From Polyangiales bacterium (lineage in GTDB: Bacteria; Myxococcota_A; Polyangia; Polyangiales; Polyangiaceae), in the NCBI GenBank assembly GCA_038230375.1, contig JBBRNJ010000081.1, positions 1 to 39,090 on the forward strand: DNA of 39,090 bases, in the 5' to 3' direction. Position 1 is the first letter of the stretch. The number at the start of each line of letters is the position of its first letter. The position numbers and the translations under genes were made by a program. This document shows, one piece after another, positions 27,339-35,479 of the stretch. A model generated the notes under the pieces. The model was not told where the DNA came from. It ran no database searches and saw only the letters and a list, made by a program, of their open reading frames with translations.

Positions 27339-28598
27339 ATGAGTGTGCTGCTTCTGGCCGCGAGCTACTACGGCACGCTTGCCGCGGTACGGTGTCTTGG
27401 TAGGGCCGGCATTGCGGTCTACGCCGGGGACGAGAACGACAAGGGCGCCGCCCTGCACTCACGCTTCGTGCGGGAGCGCCTGCTGCATCCGCCGATCACG
27501 GAGCCCGCGCGCTTCATCGAGTGGCTGCTCGACTTCGGCAAGAAGCACCCGGACACGGTGCTCTACCCCACGAACGATCACCTGGCCTGGCTGCTCGCCG
27601 CGCACGACGCAGAGCTCTCCAAGGTCTTCTTCACCTACCAGCCGAACGAGAGCGTGATCCTCACGTTGCTCGATAAAAAGCGGCTCTCCGAGGCCTGTGC
27701 GACCGTGGGCATCGACACGCCGCGCACGCTCTACGCGGAGGACGACGCAGACCTCGCGCGCGTCAAGAGAGAGACGAGCTACCCGCTCCTCATCAAGCCG
27801 CGCACGCAGATCTTCCTCGACGGCGGCATCAAGGGCTCCATGGTGCAGACAGAGGCGGACCTGGACGGCGAGCTCGCGCGCTACATGCAGCTGGTGCACT
27901 TCAACGAGGTCCTCACGGACAAACATCCGGACATCGTGCGCCCGCTCTTCCAGGAGTACCTGACGGCGGCGGAGACCAGCATCTTCAGCATGTCGGGCTT
28001 CGTCACGAAGGACGGTGAGCTCTTTGCGCGCGCGTCCATGAAGGTGCTTCAGCGCCCGCGCAAGGTCGGCATCGGCCTCTGCTTCGAGGGACGCGCCATC
28101 GAGCCCGCGCTACAGGAGAAGCTCACTGCGCTCTGCAAGCACGTTGGCTATCACGGCGCGTTCGAGGTGGAGTTCATCGCGGACGGGGACCGCCGCCTCC
28201 TCATCGACTTCAACCCGCGCTTCTTCAGCCAGATGGCGTTCGACGTGGCGCGCGGCGTGCCCATCCCGCTGCTCATGTACCACGCGGCGCGCGGCGACAA
28301 GGCGGCGCTGGACGCGGCGCTCGCGGCCGCTCGTCGCGAGACCGAGCACACGGACCACGGCTACTGCCACAAGACCATGCTCGACCTCGTGCTCACGCTG
28401 CAGGGCGCATCGGGTCGCATGTCCCGCGCAGAGACCAGCAAGTGGCGTACGTGGGTTGCGGACCGCCGCGGCAAGCTCACGGACGCGGTACGCGACAGCG
28501 ATGACAGGAAGCCGGGACTCGTCGACGCCGCCACATGGGTGAAGCACTTCGCGAAGCATCCGCGCTCGTTCGTCCGCGATTTCGTGCTGAATCGCTGA
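27339..28598 (+). CDS. ATP-grasp carboxylate-amine ligase (D-aspartate ligase-like)
   Basis: GTLAAVRCLGRAG, LYPTND, LDKKRL, YPLLIKP, FQEYL, FEVEF, IDFNPRF. Confidence 0.82.
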   Translation: MSVLLLAASYYGTLAAVRCLGRAGIAVYAGDENDKGAALHSRFVRERLLHPPITEPARFIEWLLDFGKKHPDTVLYPTNDHLAWLLAAHDAELSKVFFTYQPNESVILTLLDKKRLSEACATVGIDTPRTLYAEDDADLARVKRETSYPLLIKPRTQIFLDGGIKGSMVQTEADLDGELARYMQLVHFNEVLTDKHPDIVRPLFQEYLTAAETSIFSMSGFVTKDGELFARASMKVLQRPRKVGIGLCFEGRAIEPALQEKLTALCKHVGYHGAFEVEFIADGDRRLLIDFNPRFFSQMAFDVARGVPIPLLMYHAARGDKAALDAALAAARRETEHTDHGYCHKTMLDLVLTLQGASGRMSRAETSKWRTWVADRRGKLTDAVRDSDDRKPGLVDAATWVKHFAKHPRSFVRDFVLNR

Positions 28599-28655
28599 TT
28601 TTCGCCCATCGCAAACGCGCACCCGCGGTGACTTTTCCTGTATGATCTGCTCACC

Positions 28656-29297
28656 ATGGTCGGCATGCGCGCACGGATTTCTGGGTTCACGTCCACGTTC
28701 ACTCGTCTCGCCACGGCGAGCGTCATCATCGCCAGCTTCGCCAGCGCAACCGCTGCGTGTGGTGGCAGCACGGGCGCGTCCGTCTGGGTCAGCGAGGTCC
28801 CCGCATCGGCAGACACGGGGGGGGACGTCGTCATCCACGATGGCGACACGGTCACCGTTCGCGTCTTCAACCAGGACCCGCTCTCCACGAAGGAGAAGGT
28901 CCGGCCCGACGGAAAGATCGTCATCCCGGCCGTTGGCGAGATCATGGTGCGTGGCAAGCGCCCCGCCGTGCTCGGCAAAGAAATCGAGGACAAGCTCAAG
29001 GCGATCCTCCAGGCGCCGAGCGTCACCATCAGCGTCGAACAAAACACGCAGATGAACGTCTCGGTGGTCGGCGAGGTGAAGAACTCGGGCATCTTCCAGC
29101 TAGAGCCCACCGCCAACGTACTCAATGCCCTCGCAGCAGCCGGCGGGCTCACCGACTACGCCGACAACGAAAAGATCTTCGTCATCCGCAAAGGCCTACC
29201 CCAGCGAGTCCGCTTCAAGTTCAACGACCTCCGCGGCGCAGAAGCCCACGCGATCGGCTTCGTTCTGCGTCCAGGTGACGTTGTGGTGGTCGAGTAA
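28656..29297 (+). CDS. wza: short OPX / Wza-like polysaccharide export lipoprotein (EpsY-like; Poly_export + one SLBB, no OM helix)
   Basis: Lipobox TAAC; IHDGD.V.V.VF, VRPDGKI..P.VG, VSVVGEV, ALAAAGG, ends LRPGDVVVVE. Confidence 0.9.
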   Translation: MVGMRARISGFTSTFTRLATASVIIASFASATAACGGSTGASVWVSEVPASADTGGDVVIHDGDTVTVRVFNQDPLSTKEKVRPDGKIVIPAVGEIMVRGKRPAVLGKEIEDKLKAILQAPSVTISVEQNTQMNVSVVGEVKNSGIFQLEPTANVLNALAAAGGLTDYADNEKIFVIRKGLPQRVRFKFNDLRGAEAHAIGFVLRPGDVVVVE

Positions 29298-29326
29298 CGT
29301 AACAACAACGTAGCGGCTGCGGTCTG

Positions 29327-29368
29327 CGCCAGCGGGACAACCGCCCCTGGCGCCGGTCGCCCTTTTTT
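29327..29368 (+). terminator. probable intrinsic terminator after the OPX gene
   Basis: GCGCCAG...CTGGCGC stem followed shortly by a T6 run. Confidence 0.45.
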
Positions 29369-29448
29369 GTCGCATGGGCCTTGCCGGTTCTTTTTCGTGT
29401 TGGGTTACTACGGGCGGATTTCCGACACCCGAACCTGAAGCCCATGCG

Positions 29449-29580
29449 AAAAAAAGAGCGCCGCCGACCTGACGGGGCTCAGCGCAGGCCTGGGTCGGCA
29501 TGAGGGGAACCGCTCGGAGGAGTTGCCGTGCGGAGCGTCGTCCTGGTCGGGCCGGGGCGTGAGCGACTCACGGGCGTCGC
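29449..29580 (-). ncRNA. candidate small RNA (~130 nt)
   Basis: TATAAT at 29590-29585 on the minus strand; three stem-loops; single-stranded CUCCUCC and UUCCCCUC; ends in a stem plus U7; no credible ORF. Confidence 0.4.
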
Positions 29581-29685
29581 ATGCATTATACACGCATAAC
29601 GGGCGACACCTCGACAGCGAGATCGTCACGAACCTCCATCGTGGCAGCGTTGGGCCGCTCACTCGCGGACCAACACTCGAAACCC

Positions 29686-29786
29686 CAAGCGCGAGTCCCA
29701 CAAGCGCGAGTCCCACAAGCGCGAGTCCCACAAGCGCAAGTCCCACAAGCGCGAGTCCACAAGCGCGAGTCCACGAGCGCGGCCCA
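29686..29786. repeat. 15-bp tandem repeat CAAGCGCGAGTCCCA (4 full, 2 shortened, 1 degenerate)
   Basis: Direct reading; no unique spacers. Confidence 0.9.
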
Positions 29787-29801
29787 CGCGAGCCCCCTGG
29801 G

Positions 29802-29944
29802 AAACAGCGTCGGATTGGGCGCGAGACGCCCGTCAGGCGAAGCTTCGGTCGAGCACGGAGCGGAGCGACCTCTTGGTCGTGAGCACCGCGCGCAGCCCGA
29901 AGGTTCGCCTGGCGGGACGTATCGCCCCCAAGCCGATGCTGTTT
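29802..29944. repeat. 143-bp palindromic dispersed repeat, copy 2
   Basis: AAACAGCGTCGG...CCGATGCTGTTT; about 85% identical to 824-966, same orientation. Confidence 0.85.
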
Positions 29945-31040
29945 ACTCGAGCCGGCCGGCGACCTTGACGGTGACCTGGAAGATGTTTGCGCCTCCGGCG
30001 ATGAAGAGCGTCTTGCGGTCTGCGCCGCCAAACGCGACGTGCACCGGCTGGACGTTGTTCGGTAGCTTGATCTCGCCCCACTTGGCGCCGCTCGGTGCGA
30101 ACACCGCCACGGCCGACAGGTAGGCCGCGTAGACGTTGCCGCTGTCGTCGATCGCCATGCCGTCGACCTGCGCGCCGGGCGTGGCGACGAAGGTGGACGC
30201 AGCGCCGAGCGTCCCGTCTGCGTTGATCGGGAACTTCTTGATCGTCGGCGTGCCGGCCGAATAGGAGTAGCTCACGTAGAGGAAGTCCTCCTTCGGCGAG
30301 ATCGCAAGGCCGTTGGGCTGGCAGGCGTCAGCGCAGGTGTCGACCGCGCGCACTGCGCCCGTGGGCCCGATGCGGAAGACGTGGTTTACCGCCGCGTTGT
30401 TCTGGAACCCAGGATCCGTGAAGTAGATGGTCCCGTCCGACTTGCGCATGGTCAGATCGTTGGGCGAATCGAAGTTGGTGAGCGGGCCAGCGCCGGCGTC
30501 CCACGCGCTTGCGAGGGGCGTGGTGCCGCCGTCGGCGAGGAGACGAACGACATCGGCAACGCCGGCCTTCGCCTCGGTCGCGATGAGGGTCGAGGTCTTG
30601 CTGTCGATCGCGGTGCCGGTCGTGGTGTTCGATGGGTCACGGAAGATCGTAGGTGCGCCCGTGCCGGTGTCGATCGTGTACTGCACACCGTTGCCAGTGT
30701 TGATGAGCGGGTCTGCGACGTAGAGCTTGCCGCCCCAGAAGCGGGGAGCGTCAAGGTAGCCACCACCGCCGCCGACATCCATCGTGAGCTGGGTCGGGGC
30801 CGCGATGCCGTTGATCGGGCTGTTGCCGATGGGACCTGCATCCATTCCGCCACCGCCGTCGGTTCCGGGATTCCCACTGTCGCTACCGGGGCCGCCGCCG
30901 TCACCGCCACCGGGACCGCCGCCATCACTGCCGCCGGGACCGCCATCGGTGGCGGTGTTGTCGCCGCTGGAGCTCGACGAGCAGGCCCACGCGTAGCAAG
31001 CAAACGGGATGGCAAGAACCACAAACCAGGTTTTTTTCAT
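29943..31040 (-). CDS. SMP-30/gluconolactonase/LRE family lipoprotein, paralog 1
   Basis: Lipobox AWAC; Gly/Asp linker; SPNDL, IYFTDP, PNGLAISP, DGMAIDDSGNVY, VAFGGADRKTLFI. Confidence 0.88.
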   Translation of the reverse strand: MKKTWFVVLAIPFACYAWACSSSSSGDNTATDGGPGGSDGGGPGGGDGGGPGSDSGNPGTDGGGGMDAGPIGNSPINGIAAPTQLTMDVGGGGGYLDAPRFWGGKLYVADPLINTGNGVQYTIDTGTGAPTIFRDPSNTTTGTAIDSKTSTLIATEAKAGVADVVRLLADGGTTPLASAWDAGAGPLTNFDSPNDLTMRKSDGTIYFTDPGFQNNAAVNHVFRIGPTGAVRAVDTCADACQPNGLAISPKEDFLYVSYSYSAGTPTIKKFPINADGTLGAASTFVATPGAQVDGMAIDDSGNVYAAYLSAVAVFAPSGAKWGEIKLPNNVQPVHVAFGGADRKTLFIAGGANIFQVTVKVAGRLE

Positions 31041-31161
31041 GATGAAGACCCCTCTGACGTTGAAGCAAGGCTAGTTGAAAAACGGAGAAACGAAGAAGGG
31101 GCACGCGGCACACCGCGCACCCCTGTCCCGGCTGATCAGTGCGTGCGGAAGAGCTGCGCGA

Positions 31162-32370
31162 CTACCTGGTCGGGCCGCCGGGCACGTTCATGTAGATGCG
31201 GTAGAGCGCCGACTTGCCGTCGTTCGCCACCGTATCGTTTGCTGCGATGAACAGCGTGCGGCGGTCAGCACCACCGAACGCGAGCGATGAGACGTTGCGG
31301 TTCGTCAGCGTGATGAAGCCGATGAACGCGCCAGCCGGGTTGTAGATCTCGACGCCGCCAACGACGGCGACATAGACGTTGCCTGCGTCGTCGACGGTGA
31401 TGCCGTCCACGCCGCCGTTACGCGTCGCAGTGCCGCCGTCAGCCGTGATGAAATTCACGCCCGCTCCGAGCGTCCCGTCTGCGTTGACCGGGTATTTCAT
31501 GATGTTGCTCGGCAGCCCGAACGTGTCGTTCGTGATGCTCACGTAGAGCGTCTTCTGATCGGGCGAGAACGCGATGCCGTTGAATTCGGTCTTGGCGGCG
31601 GCAGGGCCCACCACCGTTGTGGTGCCGCCGTCCGGCCGTATGAGGAACACGGAGGTTCCGCCTTGCTGGTCGCCCGAGTATTTCGGATCCGTCATGTAGA
31701 TGAAGCCGTCGTTGCGGACGACGACATCGTTCGGCTGGTTGTAGCGCGTGCCGCCGAACGTGGCGGAGAAGACCACGGGCGGGCCGCCGTCGATCGGCGA
31801 GAAGTAGAGCTTGCCCGTCTCCGAGCCGGTGAAGAAGCCCGCGTCGGCGAGGAGCCCAGTGCCGATGGGGTTGATGCCGTAGCCCGGGAGCTGCACGGGG
31901 GCCGCCGCGTCGATCGTGTACTTGTAGAGCGTGCCCGTTCCGACGAGCTCCGCGTCGGACACGAGGAGAGCGCCGAACTGCGGCACCCACTGCAGACCAT
32001 CGATGAACTCGACGTCTGTGATGGGGTTGTTGGTCTTGCCGGTGCCGCCCCACTGGATGACCGCGACCGCGCCGTCCGGAAGCGGATAGGGATAGTTGCC
32101 GTCGAACACGACAGCGCCGTCGTTCGCGTCCTTGCTGCCGTCGACAGAGCCGTCCTTGGCGCCGCCGTCGGCGGAGCCGGAGTCCTTGCCAAACGTGGAG
32201 CCGTCAACGCCGAACACGGTGCCGTCGGGGTTGTTCGCTACGGTTCCGTCGAGCTCTCCGCCTCCCTCGGCGCCGCCGCCATCATCAGTACCCGCGGAGT
32301 CGTCGCCCCCGCCACACGCATAGACGAGGCAGGCCGGAACAAGGAGAAGGGCAAGAGAATACTTTCGCAT
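31162..32370 (-). CDS. SMP-30/gluconolactonase/LRE family lipoprotein, paralog 2
   Basis: Lipobox VYAC; QPNDVV, IYMTDP, NGIAFSPD, DGITVDDAGNVY, LAFGGADRRTLFI. Confidence 0.88.
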   Translation of the reverse strand: MRKYSLALLLVPACLVYACGGGDDSAGTDDGGGAEGGGELDGTVANNPDGTVFGVDGSTFGKDSGSADGGAKDGSVDGSKDANDGAVVFDGNYPYPLPDGAVAVIQWGGTGKTNNPITDVEFIDGLQWVPQFGALLVSDAELVGTGTLYKYTIDAAAPVQLPGYGINPIGTGLLADAGFFTGSETGKLYFSPIDGGPPVVFSATFGGTRYNQPNDVVVRNDGFIYMTDPKYSGDQQGGTSVFLIRPDGGTTTVVGPAAAKTEFNGIAFSPDQKTLYVSITNDTFGLPSNIMKYPVNADGTLGAGVNFITADGGTATRNGGVDGITVDDAGNVYVAVVGGVEIYNPAGAFIGFITLTNRNVSSLAFGGADRRTLFIAANDTVANDGKSALYRIYMNVPGGPTR

Positions 32371-32448
32371 GACTCGGAATGATGCCGTGAAACGGGCTTA
32401 ACAGCAACACCGCTGAGCCGGTCATTTTCGCCCCACAGACGATTTTCC

Positions 32449-33195
32449 TTAGGCTGCGTACGCGGACTTGGACGCTTCCGATCCCCTCCCCGCTCCCTTC
32501 TCCATGAAGGCGTAGGATTGCTGCTCTGGGAGGGTGACCGTGCGCACGTCCGTGTCGACGCCAAGCATCGCGCGCACTTCCGCGAGCGGCCGCGCCCAGT
32601 GCGCCTTCCAGTCCACGCCGAAGAACAGCTTCGCGCGCTTGCCGAGCGTCCATCCGCGCAGCACCTCCGACATCATCGCGTCGCGTGCCGACGGGTTCAC
32701 GCTGGCGACGTGCAGGAAGCCCATCGCAACCAGCATCGCCGAGAGCCGCGACGGCAGCTGCGCAAGGTAGAACGCCTGGAGGCCGATCTCGCCTGCGACG
32801 TCGGTGCCCATGCCCGTGACCACGTGCCAGACGTCGTGTGTCTCGCGCAGGTGCGCCTTCACGTAACGGAGGCGATGCTCGCCGATCTCGGGGACCGGGA
32901 TCGCAGCGGGGTCGAGCCCGTTGCGCTCCATGTGCAGCGCGAACTCACGCCCGAGCGAGCCCTCCGGGTTCTTCAGGAGGTCCTTGAGGCTGAGCGAGCC
33001 GATACGCGGCATCTCGCGCAGCGCGCGCGCCCCTTCGGGATCTTTTGCGACCCAGCTCGCGACCTCTTGCAGCACTTCCTCGTTCTCCCCGCTGTCGGCG
33101 ATCTCGAACACCTGATCGAGCCGGTTCGGGTTCTGCGAGAGGGTCCAGAAGCCTTTGAGGATGCGCAGGGTCTTGATGGGGTTCTTCATTTTCAT
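32449..33195 (-). CDS. Coq4-like protein
   Basis: PEGSLG, ETHDVWHVVTG...GEIGLQAF (HDxxH...E metal motif); start at MKMKNP (33195 or 33189), not 33579. Confidence 0.85.
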   Translation of the reverse strand: MKMKNPIKTLRILKGFWTLSQNPNRLDQVFEIADSGENEEVLQEVASWVAKDPEGARALREMPRIGSLSLKDLLKNPEGSLGREFALHMERNGLDPAAIPVPEIGEHRLRYVKAHLRETHDVWHVVTGMGTDVAGEIGLQAFYLAQLPSRLSAMLVAMGFLHVASVNPSARDAMMSEVLRGWTLGKRAKLFFGVDWKAHWARPLAEVRAMLGVDTDVRTVTLPEQQSYAFMEKGAGRGSEASKSAYAA

Positions 33196-33237
33196 GGTCG
33201 ATGACTCGCTCGGTGGAGCGGCCTCCCACCACTCAAT

Positions 33238-33255
33238 ATGTGAGCGACCACTCAC
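33238..33255. promoter_or_regulatory. TetR-type operator 1 (upstream of the Coq4-like gene)
   Basis: GTGAG-CGACCA-CTCAC palindrome; inverted near-copy at 33330-33347. Confidence 0.65.
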
Positions 33256-33319
33256 TTTTTCTACTCGCGTTGTACGAATGCGTGAGCGAGCGTGATTTGG
33301 CCTGTTTCGTGGCCGATCA

Positions 33320-33348
33320 TTGACAGAACACGAGCGGTCGCTCACATT
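33320..33348 (+). promoter_or_regulatory. sigma70-like tetR promoter with operator 2 in the spacer
   Basis: TTGACA at 33320-33325, 17-nt spacer containing ACGAGCGGTCGCTCAC, CACATT at 33343-33348, ATG at 33355. Confidence 0.6.
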
Positions 33349-33354
33349 CTGGAG

Positions 33355-33975
33355 ATGGCACGAGCGCCCCGGACGACCGCCCGAAAGGCCCCCACGCAAG
33401 CCCGTGCGCAGGAGACCGTGGAGACCATCCTGGCGGCGACCGCGCGCGTCCTGGCGAAGGATGGCTACGATCGCGCGAGCACGAACAAGGTCGCGGAGGC
33501 CGCGGGGGTCAGCATTGGTTCGCTGTACCAGTACTTCCCGAGCAAGGAGGCGCTCGTGTCCGCGCTGATCGAGCGGCACATGTCGCGCATGCTGCAGGTG
33601 CTCACGGATGCAGGCGCTGCGTTACCGCTGGGCGGGACCGTGAGGGAAGCGACGCGCCAGATCATCGCGGCGAGCTACGCGGCGCATCGGGTGAACCCAA
33701 GGCTTCACCGTGTCCTGCTCGAGCAGGTGCCGCGCATCGGCACCATGGGTAGCATCGACATGTTCGAGGAGCGCACGCTCGCGCTCGTGGAGGCCTTCCT
33801 GTCGCTGCACGCGAGCGAGCTTCGGCGCTCGAACCTGAAGCTAGCCGCGAAGGTCGCCGTGCTGGCGGTGCGAGGAACCACGCTGTACTGCGTGCTGCGC
33901 TCACCAGAGCTGCTCCACGAGGAAGAGTTCATCGACGAGGTGACGGACATGATCGTGCGCTACCTGGCGCCGTAG
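33355..33975 (+). CDS. TetR/AcrR family transcriptional regulator
   Basis: PTQARAQETVETIL...STNKVAEAAGVSIGSLYQYFPSKEAL helix-turn-helix. Confidence 0.93.
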   Translation: MARAPRTTARKAPTQARAQETVETILAATARVLAKDGYDRASTNKVAEAAGVSIGSLYQYFPSKEALVSALIERHMSRMLQVLTDAGAALPLGGTVREATRQIIAASYAAHRVNPRLHRVLLEQVPRIGTMGSIDMFEERTLALVEAFLSLHASELRRSNLKLAAKVAVLAVRGTTLYCVLRSPELLHEEEFIDEVTDMIVRYLAP

Positions 33976-34039
33976 ACTTCGACTTCGACCTCGACCTCGA
34001 CCTCGACCTCGACCTCGACCTCGACTTCGACTTCGACCT
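33975..34039. repeat. hexamer tandem tract (GACYTC) x10+ between convergent stop codons
   Basis: GACTTC x2, GACCTC x6, GACTTC x2, GACC. Confidence 0.9.
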
Positions 34040-35375
34040 AATGCAACTTCAGGGGCTGGCAGCGGTTGGCGAGGCACACGCCCAGGATCGACGGCGTGGT
34101 GCCCAGCGCAAGCGACTGGTCGGGCTCGATCGTGAGATCGATGCTCTCTCCGGCGCCTAGCTCCGTCTTGTTCGGGTGCGCAAAGGCGGCGCCGTGGGGA
34201 CCGTTGTCGCGCGTCGCCACGTAGAAGCCCAGGCCATCGTAGCTGGTGAAGGAGAGCTGCTTCTCCGCGTGGTTTTCGATCGTCACGTGCACAGTGCAGT
34301 TCGCGCCGCTGGGGCCGCACTCCATTCGCAGGTTCGTGGCGGTGAGCTTTCCCACCGTGGCGGAGCCCGACGCGCCGCCATGCAGTCCGTCGAACACGCC
34401 GGGCTTCTGCGCAAGAAGGGCTGCCGTCGCAGCGTCGAGCGCCGCTACGCGCCTCACCGCGTGCGGGTCGTCCCAGCCGACGAGGCCCGCGACATTGCCG
34501 ACGCCGCGCTGGCTACCCGTGATCTCGAGGTCGGGCCAACCCCAGTTCGAGGACGCCGGATCGAGCTTCTTCGCCTGGAGGCCACGGATGGCGCGGTCCG
34601 CATCTGCGCTGTTCACGGAGACGAGCTTCTGGAGCGGCTCGCCAGACACGCTGCGGCACTCGATCGTCGCGCCCGGGTCGAGCACCGTGAGCGGCCCGCC
34701 ATTCCAGGTCAGCTGCGGCAAGGCGATGACCTCCAGGTCCCACACGTCGCGATCGAAGACCTCGAACCGCACGGTCTCGCCCTTCTTCAGTGATGCGAGC
34801 GGCGCGGACACGTAGCCCAGGTTCTTGTCTTCAGGTCCGTCATCCACGACCAGCGGCGTGTGCCCGAATGCAACGCGCACCTGGAGGTCGTCACCTGCGA
34901 ACGCATCCGCCTTCGCGAATGTCTGTACTCTACACACGAGCAGCGCGCGGTCCACGCCGTCGGCCGGGAGCGGTGCGCCTGCCATGAACGCCGCCTCCGG
35001 TCGATCGAGCTGCGGCGCGTACTCGGTGACCGGCTCGTTGCCAGAGCGCACATGATCGAGCTTGCCCCAGGCGGGCCGCTTGCGGAGGCTCGCGGTGGGT
35101 GTGCCTCCAGGTGCGGCGGGCTCCTCGGGCAGCGCCGGATCGACCACGTCGGTGAGCGGCGCAGGCAACGTCGTGGTGCCAGAGCCACGAATGGGGTCGA
35201 CGCTTGCGGCGCCGGTGGCCTTCGCGCGAACGTCGCTTCGCGTGCGCACCAGCGCGACAGCCGTCACGCCACCGATCAAGGCGCATACCGCGCAAGCCGC
35301 GCCGCCCATCGCGATGTATTTCCACGGCGAACGAGGACCCTTGGGCGAGTAGTGCGGAGGAACGTTGTTGTACAT
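34038..35375 (-). CDS. membrane-anchored hypothetical protein (N-terminal TM; possible C2-like segment FEVFDRD)
   Basis: 445-aa ORF with GC3 bias; TM IAMGGAACAVCALIGGVTAVALV; function not recognised. Confidence 0.6.
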   Translation of the reverse strand: MYNNVPPHYSPKGPRSPWKYIAMGGAACAVCALIGGVTAVALVRTRSDVRAKATGAASVDPIRGSGTTTLPAPLTDVVDPALPEEPAAPGGTPTASLRKRPAWGKLDHVRSGNEPVTEYAPQLDRPEAAFMAGAPLPADGVDRALLVCRVQTFAKADAFAGDDLQVRVAFGHTPLVVDDGPEDKNLGYVSAPLASLKKGETVRFEVFDRDVWDLEVIALPQLTWNGGPLTVLDPGATIECRSVSGEPLQKLVSVNSADADRAIRGLQAKKLDPASSNWGWPDLEITGSQRGVGNVAGLVGWDDPHAVRRVAALDAATAALLAQKPGVFDGLHGGASGSATVGKLTATNLRMECGPSGANCTVHVTIENHAEKQLSFTSYDGLGFYVATRDNGPHGAAFAHPNKTELGAGESIDLTIEPDQSLALGTTPSILGVCLANRCQPLKLH

Positions 35376-35479
35376 GGGAACGACCTTCAGTTAAGGATCG
35401 CCGAAAGCAGCTGGCGACGCACCAAACCCTGCAAAACCCCGGCCCAAAACACTGTGCCAAGGTTGCCTCACCAGTCCAT

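Noticed and set aside
24605..27340. 911-aa minus-strand ORF
   Set aside because: Antisense shadow of the GT-C/acyltransferase fusion
29461..29500. Possible SRP RNA or tRNA in the intergenic hairpins
   Set aside because: No SRP GGAA-tetraloop/AGCAG motif and no tRNA cloverleaf or TTCGA arm with acceptor stem
29686..29786. Possible CRISPR array
   Set aside because: Head-to-tail 15-bp units with no spacers, and no cas genes in the window
33196..33579. Long N-terminal extension of the Coq4-like ORF
   Set aside because: Overlaps tetR and the operator/promoter region on the opposite strand
35441..35460. Possible sigma54 promoter (TTGGCAC) on the minus strand
   Set aside because: The -12 GC is absent at the required spacing (GG-N10-TG)
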